Assembly: GCF_044704955.1 (NCBI RefSeq)
Contig: NC_091984.1
Location: forward strand, 146,258,001-146,322,000
Length of the DNA stretch: 64,000 nt
From: Pristiophorus japonicus
Taxonomy: Eukaryota
Direction: 5' to 3'
A program made the translations under genes and the position numbers. The notes under the pieces were generated by a model. The model was not told the DNA's origin. It saw nothing but the letters and a program-made list of their open reading frames with translations, and searched no databases. This document shows positions 24,750 through 36,059 of this stretch, in pieces; the first letter of the stretch is position 1; the number at the start of each line of letters is the position of its first letter.

Positions 24750-25325
24750 CACCCCCTCAGTACTGCCCCTCCGATAGTGCGGCACTCCCTCAATATTGCC
24801 CCTCTGGCAGTGCGGCACCCCCTCAGTACTGCCCCTCCGATAGTGCGGCACTCCCTCAGTATTGAACCTCCGACAGTGCGGCACTCCCTCAATACTGCGC
24901 CTCTGACATTGCAGCACTCCCTCAGTACTGCCCGTCTGACAGTGCAGCGCTCCCTCAGTACTGCCCCTCTGACAGTGCGGCACTCCTTCAGTACTGCCCC
25001 TCTGACAGTGCGGCACTCCCTCAGTACTGCACCTCTGACAGTGCGACACTCCCTCAGTACTGCCCCTCTGACAGTGCAGCACTCCCTCAGTACTGCCCTT
25101 CTGACAGTGCAGCACTCCCTCAGTACTGTCCCTCTGACAGTGCAGCACTCCCTCAGTACTGGCCGTCCTGACAGTGCGGCACTCCTTCAGTACTGCCCCG
25201 ACAGTGCAGCACTCCCTCTGTACTGCCCCTCTGACAGTGCAGCACTCCCTCAGTACTGCCCCTCCGATAGTGCAGCACTCCCTCAGTACTGCCCCTCTGA
25301 CAGTGCAGCACTCCCTCAGGACTGC
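24750..25325. repeat. 33-bp minisatellite, ~17 copies, SINE-derived
   Basis: Unit cactccctcagtactgcccctctgacagtgcgg. The same motif occurs once within the SINEs at ~27520 and ~35690. Confidence 0.9.
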
Positions 25326-26739
25326 ACAGTAGTGTATGTCTTTATTTTACACTCAGGTCCCTAGAGTGGGGCTTGAACCCACGATACAACATTGCATCAC
25401 TGGATGCCGCACAGTCTGAGCTGTGAGTCATATCCCGACCTCAGTTGGAACAGCTAACTCAGAACAAACAACAACAACAACTTTTATACAGCACCTTTAA
25501 CACAGTAAAACTCCCCAAGCACTTCACAGGAGCGTTATAGAATAAAGATTGACAGCGAGCCACGTAAGGAGACATTGAAAATTGCAGCTCAGTCAAATTG
25601 TGAGGGAAATTGGCAGTGTTGTCTTCATACCAAAAGGGGGCGATGTTGGTTCTGAAAAGACCAAATTTTTGGACAATTTCTGTGTCACTCAATTGATTGG
25701 TTTGTAAAACGCGTTTGGACCAAACCTCCAGTCAGGTTTGCAGAATAATTTCCAGTTCCCCACGTGACATTTGATGGTGGATCTCAGCAGGTATCTCCTC
25801 GTCCGCTCGTGAGGCGGTGTCTCAGACCGATTGGGGGTCAGAAGCCACTCTGCACTGCAGTGAGCATCGGCAGGCCATTCACTGTGGGAGGCCTCACCGC
25901 GGAGCTCGGTGCACGGGGTATATCCACACAGAGACAGCCAGGAACGGCAGCAACAACCTGCATTGCTACAGTAACTGGAACATTAGAACAACATCCCGAA
26001 GCAGCTGACAGAGGCGTAATCTGGTCAAAGTGGTGCTGAGCCAAAGGGGGAGGGGCTGGGAGGGTGATCAAAACGCTCAGTCACAGATTGGGTTTGAGAG
26101 GGAGGTCTTAAAAGAGGAGAGGGGTGGAGTGGCAGAGAGGTTTAGGGAGCAGGGAGTTAGGGCCCAGGCAGCTGAAGGCACGGCCCCCAATGGAGGGGGA
26201 AGGGAAGGGGGGATGGATAAGAAGCCTGAGCCAGATACAACGGCCCCTGAACACAACAACAACTTGCATTTATATAGCGAGTGTTGTGACAATGACAGAC
26301 AGTGAGAATATAACCCTGATAATGTAACACAGTATTTGCAGCACTTGACACTGTTGGGAAAGCTTGTAATTTTAAATCCATGAGCTGTACCTAAGCGAGA
26401 GCAGGACCTGTTTGTGGCCGGTGCGGAGATCACCACTTACAGAAGGTAGTTACTGCAGGGAATTCAGGGCCACAGTGACCTCCTGGACTAGTTTCCATCG
26501 CCTGGGGGCGGGGCTGGAGAGGAGTTTCCCAGATTTATTTCCCCCAATGGGTTTTTTCCCTGGTTTTTTGCCTCTCCCAGGAGGTCAGGTAGTTTTGGGT
26601 GGGGTGGAGAGTCTATACTGTGATACACAAGGTATCACAATTGTGTGGGACGGGCTGGATGGACCACAGGGTCTTTACCTGTCCGTCACTGTCTGTGGGT
26701 TTGGGTTTCAAAGATGTAGAGCTGAATTGGAAAGAAAGA

Positions 26740-27690
26740 CTTGCATTTATATAGCGCCTTTCACCACCTCAGGACATCCCAAAGCGCTTTACAGCCAATG
26801 AAGTACTTTTGAAGTGTAGTCACTGCGGTAATGGAGGAGACACGACAGACATTTTGTGCACAGCAAGCTCCCACAAGTTACTTTGGGCCCAAATTGCGTA
26901 TCGCCCCGGTTGGGGCGGTAACTTTTCCATGCCGAAGTCACGCCCCGGAAGCGAAATTGGGGTCACAGCCCCTGACAGGAAGTGGAGTGCAATGTGGTGT
27001 ACAGCATTTCCCCTGGGGGCGGGCTCAGGGGCCAGTGTCAGGCTGCACCATCGCGGCACTGACCCCGTCACATCGGCATAGAAAGGCCCGACCGGTTAGT
27101 TGTCCAAAACAAATGTCGGGGCGCAGAGGCGCGCACCGCCTGTAACTTTCACCCCGTGAGTGAAATGCGGCCCGGTTCGTGACCCGCAGGCCTGGTGCGG
27201 ACACGGCTCACGGGGCATTCTCCGTTTCGCGTCTCTGCTAAATCGCGCGGGTAGCTCCCCCCTCCACCGCCACTCCATACCCTCGGGGAAAACACTGTCA
27301 CACCCCGTAAGCGCCCTCCGGAGCCACTAATGGCAGGCACACAGCGGGGGAATTTCATCCTCAGTCTGTTTTTGTGATGTTGATTGAGGGATAAATATTG
27401 ACCAGGACACTGGGGAGAACTCCCCTGCTCTTCTTCAAAACATTGGCATGGGATCGTTAACGCCCACCTGAGAGAGCAGATGGGGCCTTGGTTTAACCTC
27501 TCGCCTGAAAGACGGCCCCTCCGACAGTGCGTCACTACCTCAGTTCTGCACTGGGACTGTCAGTGTGGATTTCTGAGAGTCTCTGGAGTGGACCATCTCC
27601 CCAGCCACGCATTCATCTATTCTATCCTCCTATTCTGGAGTGGACCTTCGGACTCAGAGGTGAGTGTGCTGCCCATTGAGCCACAGCTGA
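26740..27690 (-). mobile_element. Shark tRNA-derived SINE interrupted by a GC-rich insertion (~26885-27360)
   Basis: Colinear with the SINE at 35350-35820 on both sides of the insertion. Confidence 0.65.
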
Positions 27691-27799
27691 CTGAGCTGGA
27701 AACTTAAGGCTCATTAATGGCCCATCGACGGTGTTCGCCCTCAGTGGGGTGAACAAATCCAGAAATTATGGCCAGAATGATGTAGGCTAGGCCATTATT

Positions 27800-30700
27800 T
27801 GCTTTTTTTTTTTAGTTTTAAATTTATTTCTGCTAAGTTAGTCCTTAGTCTATTAAATAGAGGCATGGCAGGGCAGTTCTGTCCCGTGGAGAGCACATCC
27901 TGTGCCATGTGGGAAGTCCTGGACACTTCTCGTGGCCTGGACGACCACATGTGCAGGAAGTGTCACCAGCTACAGCAACTCGAGCTCCGCGTTTCGGAGA
28001 TTGAGCGGCGGCTGGAGTCACTGCGGTGCGTCCGCGAGGCTGAGAACTTCGTGGATAGCACGTTTCTAGAGGTGGCCACCCCGCAGCTTAAGAGTGTGCA
28101 GGCAGAGAGGGAATGGGTGACCACCAGACAGAAGAGGAGGTCCAGGCACGTAGTGCAGGAGTCCCCTGAGTCAAACTCACTCTCCAACCAGTATTGTGTT
28201 CTGAGTACTGGTGGGGGCGATGGTTCCTCCAGGAAGTTCAGCCAGAGCCAAGTCCACGGCACCACGGGTGGCTCAGCTGCACAGGGGGGAGGAAGAAGAG
28301 TGGAAGAGCAATAGTGGTAGGGGATTCGATAGTTAGGGGAACAGACAGACATTTCTGCAGCCACAGACGTGACCCCAGGATGGTATGTTGCCTCCCTGGT
28401 GCCAGGGTCCAGAATTTCACTGAGTGGCTGCAGTACATTCTGAGGGGGGAGGGTGAACAGCCAGAGATTGTGGTCCATATCGATACCAATGACATAGGTA
28501 GAAAGAAGTATGTGGTCCTACAGGCAGAGTTTCGGGAGCTAGATTAAAAAGCAACACAGCAATGGTAGTAATCTCCAGATTACTCCCGGTGCCACGTGCT
28601 AGTGAGTACAGAAATAGGAGGATAGAGCAGATGAATGCATGGCTGGAGAGATGGTGCAGGAGGGAGGGCTTTAGTTACCTGAGAAATTGGGACCATTTCT
28701 CGGGGAGGTGGGACCTATACAAGTCGGACGGGTTACACGTCAACAGAGCCAGGACCAATATCCTCGCGGGAGATTTGCTAGTGCTGTTGGGGAGGGTTTA
28801 AACTAGCTTGGCAGGGGATGGGAACCGGAGAATAGATTCAGTGGGGAGAGAAGCAAATCTGGAATTTGAAAGCAGAAAAGTAGAAAGTGAATTTGGAAGA
28901 CAGAGGAAACAAAGCCCAGAAAATAGACAGCAAAGATGGTTGGCATTGGTCAATGGTGTATACTTCAATGCAAGGAGTATAGGGAATATTGCAGATGAGC
29001 TGAGAGCACAGATAGACAATTGAGAGAACGATATTGAGGTGGAAATTCTGACGTCCCGGGGCCCGTACGTGGTTTCTATGGACCCGGGAAGGCATCGGAA
29101 AAGCCAGTTTTCAGCGTGCAATGCGCATGCACTGAAAACCTGCTTTTCCGATCTGTCAAGCTGGAGCTGGAGAGATCATAGCCAGATCATGAGCGAGGAC
29201 ATTTGTACGGGCAAGATGGGACTATTTACCCATATCTTTCCCAGCAAATGTCCTCAAAAATCATAGCCTACTTTTACAGGCGTAAGTGTTTTAAAACATA
29301 CAGAAACAATTGTAAAATAACATTATAGACACATAGTTTATTGTTCAAAAACCTCCCCACTACAGTAAGTTTATTACCATAATTTTAAAAACTTTTTTAG
29401 CAATCGGGAAAATATTTTATTTCTATAAGACCATAATAACTTTAATTTCAAATAATTTTAAGTATGTGTGGTCTATTTTTTATTTTTTTATTATTTTGTG
29501 TGTTTGGTTTTGTCCCCATTAATAGCACTGAGAACTGGTAGATACGCGAGTCTTAGTGCTATTAATGGGAACCTGTGAACTACCTACCTGATTGGCTAAG
29601 CAGTCACTCGTGACTGCATCTTCTGCGTGGGAACCCTCTGGACTGGATCACACTTAAATGCATTCAGGAGAACTTTATCAGTGAGTATGTAACAAGCCCA
29701 ACAAGGGAGGGGACGGTTCTGGACTTGGTTTTGCAGAATGAAGAGGGGCAGGTGGAAGGGGTATCAGTGGGAGAGAATTTTGGTGCCTGTGATCATAATT
29801 CAGTTAGATTTAGTGTAGTTATGGAAAAGGACAAAGATAGACCAGGAATAAAGATTCTCAATTGGGGAAAAGCCAATTTTGCTGAGCTGAGATGAGATTT
29901 GGCCAAAGCGGGCTGGAAATGGCTACTTGATGGTAAATCAGTGTCAGAGCAGTGGGAGGCATTCAAGGAGGAAATCCTGTGGTTTCAGAGTAAGTCTGTT
30001 CCCTTAAAGAAAAAGGGTGGGACTAACACATTTAGAGGCCCATGGATGTCAAGGGATATACAGTGTAGGATAAAGTAAAACAGGGAGAGTTATGACAGAT
30101 ACTGAGGGCTCAATACTGCAGGAACTTTAGAGGAGTATAGAAAGTGCAGGGGTGCAATTGGAAAGGAAATTAGGAAAGCAAAGAGAGAGCATGAAAACAT
30201 TTTGGCAAGTAAAATCAAGGAAAACCCAAAGATGCATTAAGAGCAAGAGGATAATTAAAGAAAGTGTCGGGCCTATTAGAGACCATAAAGGTAATCTGTG
30301 TGTGGAGGCAGAAGATGTGGATATGTTTCTTAATGAATACTTTCCGTCTGTTTTCACAAAAGAGAGGGGCGATGCAGACATTGCAATCAGGGAGGAGGAG
30401 TGTGAAATATTAGATGAAATAAACATTGTGAGAGAGGAAGTATTAAGGGGCTTAGCAGCTGTGAAAGTGGATAAATCCCCTGGTCCTGATAAAATGTTTC
30501 CCAAGCTGATAAGTGAAACAAAAGAGGAAATAGCACAGGCTCTGACCAACATTTTCCAATCCTCTCTGGTTGCACGTGTGGTGCCAGAGGTCTGGAGGAC
30601 TGCTAATGTTGTACCTTTGTTTAAAAAGGGAAAAAGGGATAGACCGAGTAATTGCAGGCCAGTCAGCCTAACCTCATGGTGGGAAAGTCATTGGAGAAAA

Positions 30701-32165
30701 TTCTGAGAGACAGGATAAATCTTCATTTAGAAAGACACAAATTAATCCAGGAAAGTCAGCATGGATTTGTTAAGGAAAGATCGTGTCTGATTAACTTAAT
30801 TGAATTCATCGAGGAAGTAATAAGGAGGGTTGATGAGGGCAGTGCATATGATGTAGTGTATAAAGATTTTAGCAAGACTTTTGGTAAGGTCCCACATGGC
30901 AGACTGGTCATGAAAGTAAAATCCCTTGGGATCCAGGGCAAAGTGGCAAGTTGGATCCAAAATTGTCTCAGAGGCAGGAAGCAAAGGGTAATGGTTGGTG
31001 ATTTAATGATTGGAAGGCTGTTTCCAGTGGGGTTCCGCAAGGCTCAGTACAAGGTCATTGCTTTTTGTGGTATATATCAATGATTTGGACTTGAATGTAT
31101 GGGGCATGATAAAGAAGTTTGCAGATCATACTAAAATCGGCCGTGTGGCTGTTAATGAAGAAGAAAGCTGCAGACTGCAGGAAGATATCAATAAAATGGT
31201 CAGGTGGGCAGAACAGTGGCAAATAGAATTTAATCCAGAGAAGTGTGAGGTAATGCATTTGGGGAGGGCTACCAAGGCAAGGGAATACACGTTAAATTGT
31301 AGGATACAGAGAAGTTTATAGGAACAAAGGGATCTGTCCACAGATACCTGAAGGTAGCAGGCCAGGTAGATGTGAGGTTATCCACTTTGGCAGAAAGAAT
31401 AGAAAAGCAAATTATTTTTTAAATGGAGAATAATTGAAACTGCTGCAGTACAGAGGGATTTGGGGGTCCTTGTGCATGAAACACAAAAATTTAGAATGCA
31501 GCAAGTAATCAGGAAAGCAAATGGAATGTTGGCTGTTATTGCAAGGCGGGTGGAGTATAAAAGCAGGGAAGTCCTGCTACAATTGTACAGGGTATTGGTG
31601 AGACCTGGAGTACTGTGTGCAGTTTTGGTCTCCATATTTAAGAAAGGATATGCTTTCATTGAAGGCAGTTCAGAGAAGGCCCACTAGGTTGATTCTGGAG
31701 CTGAGGGGGTTGACTTATGAAGACTTGTTGAGTAGGTTGGGCCTATACTCATTGGAGTTCAGAAGAATGAGAGTTGATCTTATCGAAACATATAATATAA
31801 TGAGGGGGCTTGACAAGGTGGATGCAGAGAGGATATTTCCACTCATAGAGGAAACTAAAACTAGAGGGCATAGTTCCAGAATAAGGGGTCGCCTATTTAG
31901 AACTGAGATGAGGAGGAATTTCTTCTCTCAGAGGGTTACAAATCTGTGGAATTCTCATGCCGCAAAGAGCTGTGGAGGCTGGGTCATTGAATATTTTTAA
32001 GGCAGAGATAGACAGATTTTTGAACAATTAGTGGATAAAGGGTTATGGTGAGCAGGCAGGGAAGTGGAGCTGAGTCCACGAACACATCAGCCAAGATCTC
32101 ATTGAATGGTGGAGCAGGTTCGAGGGGCAAAATGGACTCCTGCTCCTATTTCTTATGTTCTTAAT
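27800..32165 (+). mobile_element. Composite CR1 LINE (ORF1 zinc finger/SGNH esterase + ORF2 RT fragments)
   Basis: CRKC...LELRV, IVVGDSIVRG and CCLPGARV in ORF1; DKSPGPD, QHGFVK and KFAD in ORF2; 3' tail cctatttcttatgttctt. An unrelated insert lies at ~29035-29650. Confidence 0.85.
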
Positions 32166-32849
32166 CCGTAATACCCTTACCCAACAGGGTGCTGATGGTG
32201 CCGGAGAACCAGCCTGAGCCTCAGATCCTGAACTGCCCACTGCAACATTGGACTGAGACACAGAGGGAGCAGAGTGTGTGCAGAGTGGTGACTGGCTGGT
32301 TTGCTGGTCCCCGAGACCCCTCCCCGACCCCACAGTCCCAACAGGATCCCCCCCCTCGATACCCAGCACCCAGTCCCCCCCAGAGCCCCTGGCCTCCCCG
32401 TGACCCCCATGATCCCCCCCACCCCCCGATCACTCCGCTCCCCCCCGTTCCACGCACAGTCAGCCCCCGATAAAGCCCACCCTCCCCCGGCCCGGTCTCC
32501 CCTCTCCTGGGTAACAGTCTTGCACACACACACACACACCTTCAGGCGGTACTGGGTAACAGTCACACACACACACACACCTACAGGCGGTGCTGGGTAA
32601 GTCACACGAACACTCAGCGACATGTACACGGTGATACACTGACTGCTCCTCTCCCTAAGCTGAGGCCTCACTTGGTACAGTTTTGTGCTGCTGCCATGAG
32701 CCACCCGTTAAGGAGAGAGAATGCAACATTGTGACTGTGGCCTCCTGCCCCCAGATTGCTCCCAGCAGTCAGCACATAGTGCACAGTACGATCCCACCAT
32801 CGGGGGCAGCCCCAACAACCCCAGTGTGCAGAGTGAGAGCCAACAAGCT

Positions 32850-33950
32850 CCCCGCTGGAGTGGAACTAAACTACAGAACCAGTGGGAACCTGTTCAACCT
32901 GCGCAGTCTCCAGGCCAGATCCAAGGCCACTCCAACCTCTGTCGTCGAGCTACAGTATGTGGACGATGTCCGCATCTGCGCACATACAGAGGCCGCACTC
33001 CAGGACATAGTCGACGTATTTACTGAGGCGTACAAAAGCATGGGCCTTACGCTAAACATCTGTAAGACAAAGGTCCTCCACCAGCCTGCCCTCATCACAC
33101 AGCACTGCCCCCAGTCATCAAGATCTATGGCGCTGCCCTGGACACCGTGGACCACTTCCCATATCTCGGGAGCCACCAATCAACAAGAGCAGGCATCGAC
33201 GACGAGATCCAACACCGCATCCAGTGCGCCAGTGCAGCCTTCGGTCGCCTGAGGAAAAGAGTGTTTGAAGACCAGGCCCTCCAAACTGCCACCAAGCTCA
33301 TGGTCTACAGGGCTGTAGTAATACCTGCCCTCCAATATGGCTCAGAGACATGGACCATGTACAGCAGACACCTCAAGTTGCTGGAAAAATATCACCAACG
33401 ATGTCTCTGCTAGATCCGACAAATCCCCTGGGAGGACAGGCGCACCAACATCAGCGTCCTCAGTCAGGCTAACATCCCCAGCATTGAAGCACTGCCCACA
33501 CTCGATAGCTCCGCTAGGCAGGCCACATAGTCCGCATGCTAGACACGAGACTCCCAAAGCAAGTGCTCTACTCGGAGCTCCTTCATGGCAAACGAGCCAA
33601 AGGTGGGCAGCGGAAATGCTACAAGGACACCTTCAAAGCCTCCCTGATAAAGTGCAACATCCCCACTGATACCTGGGAGTCCCTGGCCCAAGACCACCCG
33701 AAGTGGAGGAAGTGCATCCGAGAGGGCGCTGTGCAACTCGAGTCTCGTCGCCAAGAGCATGCAGAAACCAAGCGCAGGCAGCGGAAAGAGCGTGCGGCGA
33801 ATCTGTCCCCACCCACCCCTTCCCTCAATGACTGTCTGTCTCACCTGTGACACAGTCTGTGGTTCTCGTATTGGACTGTTCAGCCACAAAAGAACTCACT
33901 CCAGGATGGAAGTAAGTCTTTCTTGATTCCGAGGGACTGCCGATGATATG
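32850..33950 (+). mobile_element. RTE-clade LINE 3' fragment
   Basis: LFNLRSLQA...ELQYVDD, FPYLGS, YGSETWT and RLPKQVLYSEL...GGQRKCYKD. Confidence 0.88.
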
Positions 33951-34507
33951 ATGAGACTGGGATGGTTTAATCCCAGCAGCTTTTAATGTCTCTGTATTTC
34001 ATCTTGTGCACTCCAGGGGTTCGAGGTCAAATTGATCGTTTTAAAATGATTGATAATTGGCTTTGAATCAAATCTCCTGCTGACGTGCCAATGATTGACA
34101 GCCCACTCAGCCAATCAGGACAGACACTTACTGAAATGCAGCCAATCCAGCTGAGGGGGAGGTGGGACATTTCCAAAGCACTCGCCAGACACAGACTGAA
34201 TATTCTTCACATTTATTGCCTTTTATAGATTCACATTTACAGAAACAAGACTTGAATAAACAGCCCAGCGAGAGCGAGCTGGAGACATTCACAGGGAGAA
34301 TGCAGCTTTATTAAAACAGTTGTGGGGATTTCCTCCACACCGTGAGAATCCTGTCCCTTCAAACGGGGACTAAACCTTGAATTGTAACAGCAGGGTGAGC
34401 AGGGAGAAGGTCTGCTCACTGAAGAGGCACTTCATAGTTTAACATTAGTTTTACTCTGCTGACAGTCTTCAGCATTTTCGAGAGGTTTTACTTGGCAGCA
34501 CGAGTCA

Positions 34508-34650
34508 ACACTGTCCCATCAAACGCTCCCAGGGAAGGTACAGCACGGGTTAGATACAGAGCAAAGCTCCCTCTACACTGTCCCATCAAACACTCCCAGG
34601 GCAGGTACAGCATGGGTTAGATACAGAGTAAAGCTCCCTCGACACTGCCC
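34508..34650. repeat. ~67-bp tandem repeat (2+ copies) downstream of the C exon
   Basis: acactgtcccatcaaac(a/g)ctcccaggg...ggttagatacagag(c/t)aaagctccctc repeated. Confidence 0.7.
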
Positions 34651-34809
34651 CAATAATGTGCCTTACCCCCTGACCCTCAGATGCTTTCCCTGACCCAGTC
34701 CCGAGAAGGAAGAGAGTAGAAATGCAGTGCTGACAATGACCTTTGCCCTCCCGGCTCACCCCCTGTTCTATTTAAAGTTGCGTCTCCCCCGCGGACTGTC
34801 CCTGACACA

Positions 34810-35137
34810 CTACACACATTCTGCTCTCCTGACCCCCTTGCTGAGGGGAGAGGAGAGGCTCTCGTGGGTGAGGCTGCAGGAGAAGCTGGCGTTGGATCCC
34901 AGTCGGAGCCAGAGAGGGTCAGCAGGCTGCTGACACTGTAGGTGTTGTCCGAAGCTCGCAGGTAGTCGCTGGTCTGGACCCCGGCCGAAATGGTCACCCC
35001 GTCCTTCTTCCACTCCACCTCCAGCGCATCGGGGTAGAAGTGATCGGCGAGGCACACCAGGGTGGCAGTGCCCTTGGTCGTGACCTCCTCCGGGGAGGGG
35101 GGCAGCAGGGTCAGTGTGGGTGGTGTCTTCCCTCGGC
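34810..35137 (-). pseudogene. IGKC: Ig light-chain kappa (NS4/type III-like) constant exon with a 1-nt deletion
   Basis: Acceptor tttcag|GC, then (S)RGKTPPTLTLLPPSPEEVTTKGTATLVCLADHFYPDALEVEWKKDG...YSVSSLLTLSGSDW, a frameshift at ~34896, then SNASFSCSLTHESLSSPLSKGVRRAECV*. Minus-strand AATAAA at 34307-34312 and 34212-34217. Confidence 0.92.
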
Positions 35138-35349
35138 CTGAAAGGGAGGAGAAGGATGTTTAATAGATTTATATTAGTGTCTGTGTGTCTCTGTTAGTGT
35201 TTCCGTGTGGAGATAATTCACATCTGATAATGGAGAGCTGGGTTAATGAACTCCTGGATGGCGATTAACCATTCGAAGCGAGCAACACTAATTCTTAATC
35301 TTCTTTGCCTCGCTTGATAAGTTTAATATAAATATAAATGCGTTTGATG

Positions 35350-35820
35350 TTAAGGTTTTTAAAAAAAAATCTTGCATTTATATTACGCCTTTCACAACCA
35401 CCGGACATCTCAAAGCACTTTTCAGCCAATTAAGTACTTTTGGAGTGTCGTCACTGTTGTAATGTGGGAAACACGGCAGTCAATCTTCGCACAGCAAGCT
35501 CCCACAAACAGCGATGTGATAACGACCTGATAATCTGTTCTTTTGTCATGTTGGTTGAGGGATAAATATTGACCAGGGCACCGGGGAGAACTCCCCTGCT
35601 CTTCTTCAAAATAGGGGCATTGGATCTTTTACCTGAGAGGGCAGACGAGGCCTCAGTTTAAAATTTCAAGTGAAAGACGGCATCTCCAACAGTGTTGCAC
35701 TCCCTCAGCACTGCCCTGCAGTGTCAGCCTAGATTTTTGTGCTCAAGTGCCTGGTGTGGGACTTGAACCCACAACATTCTGAATCAGAGGCGAGAGTGCA
35801 ATGCACTGAGCCATGGCTGA
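35350..35820 (-). mobile_element. Shark tRNA-derived SINE
   Basis: tRNA-like head on - (tggctcagt...gggttcaagtccc) and an L2-like tail (gcgtaatataaatgcaag). Confidence 0.7.
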
Positions 35821-36059
35821 TGCTCAAAATCATACCGGGGTGAGGTCAAAGGAGAGACTACAATTAGCCTAAGTGTACCGAGGTCAGGCCGGGTCACTGC
35901 TCTCAATATTCCCGTGACCTCCTGGAAGGTCAGAGTGCGCCGACAATGGGCGAGGGTCAGGATCAGGGCCCTCCCACTTCAATGAAAGAAAGCCTTGAAT
36001 TTATATAGCGCCTTTCACAACCTCAGGATGTCCCAAGGTGCTTTACAAGCAATTGTACA

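Noticed and set aside
24687-25364. Repetitive 11-aa-period ORFs
   Set aside because: Translation of a 33-bp minisatellite.
32178-32254. Possible small minus-strand exon (ctcag...gtaagg)
   Set aside because: Splice-like signals only, with no recognisable product or partner exons.
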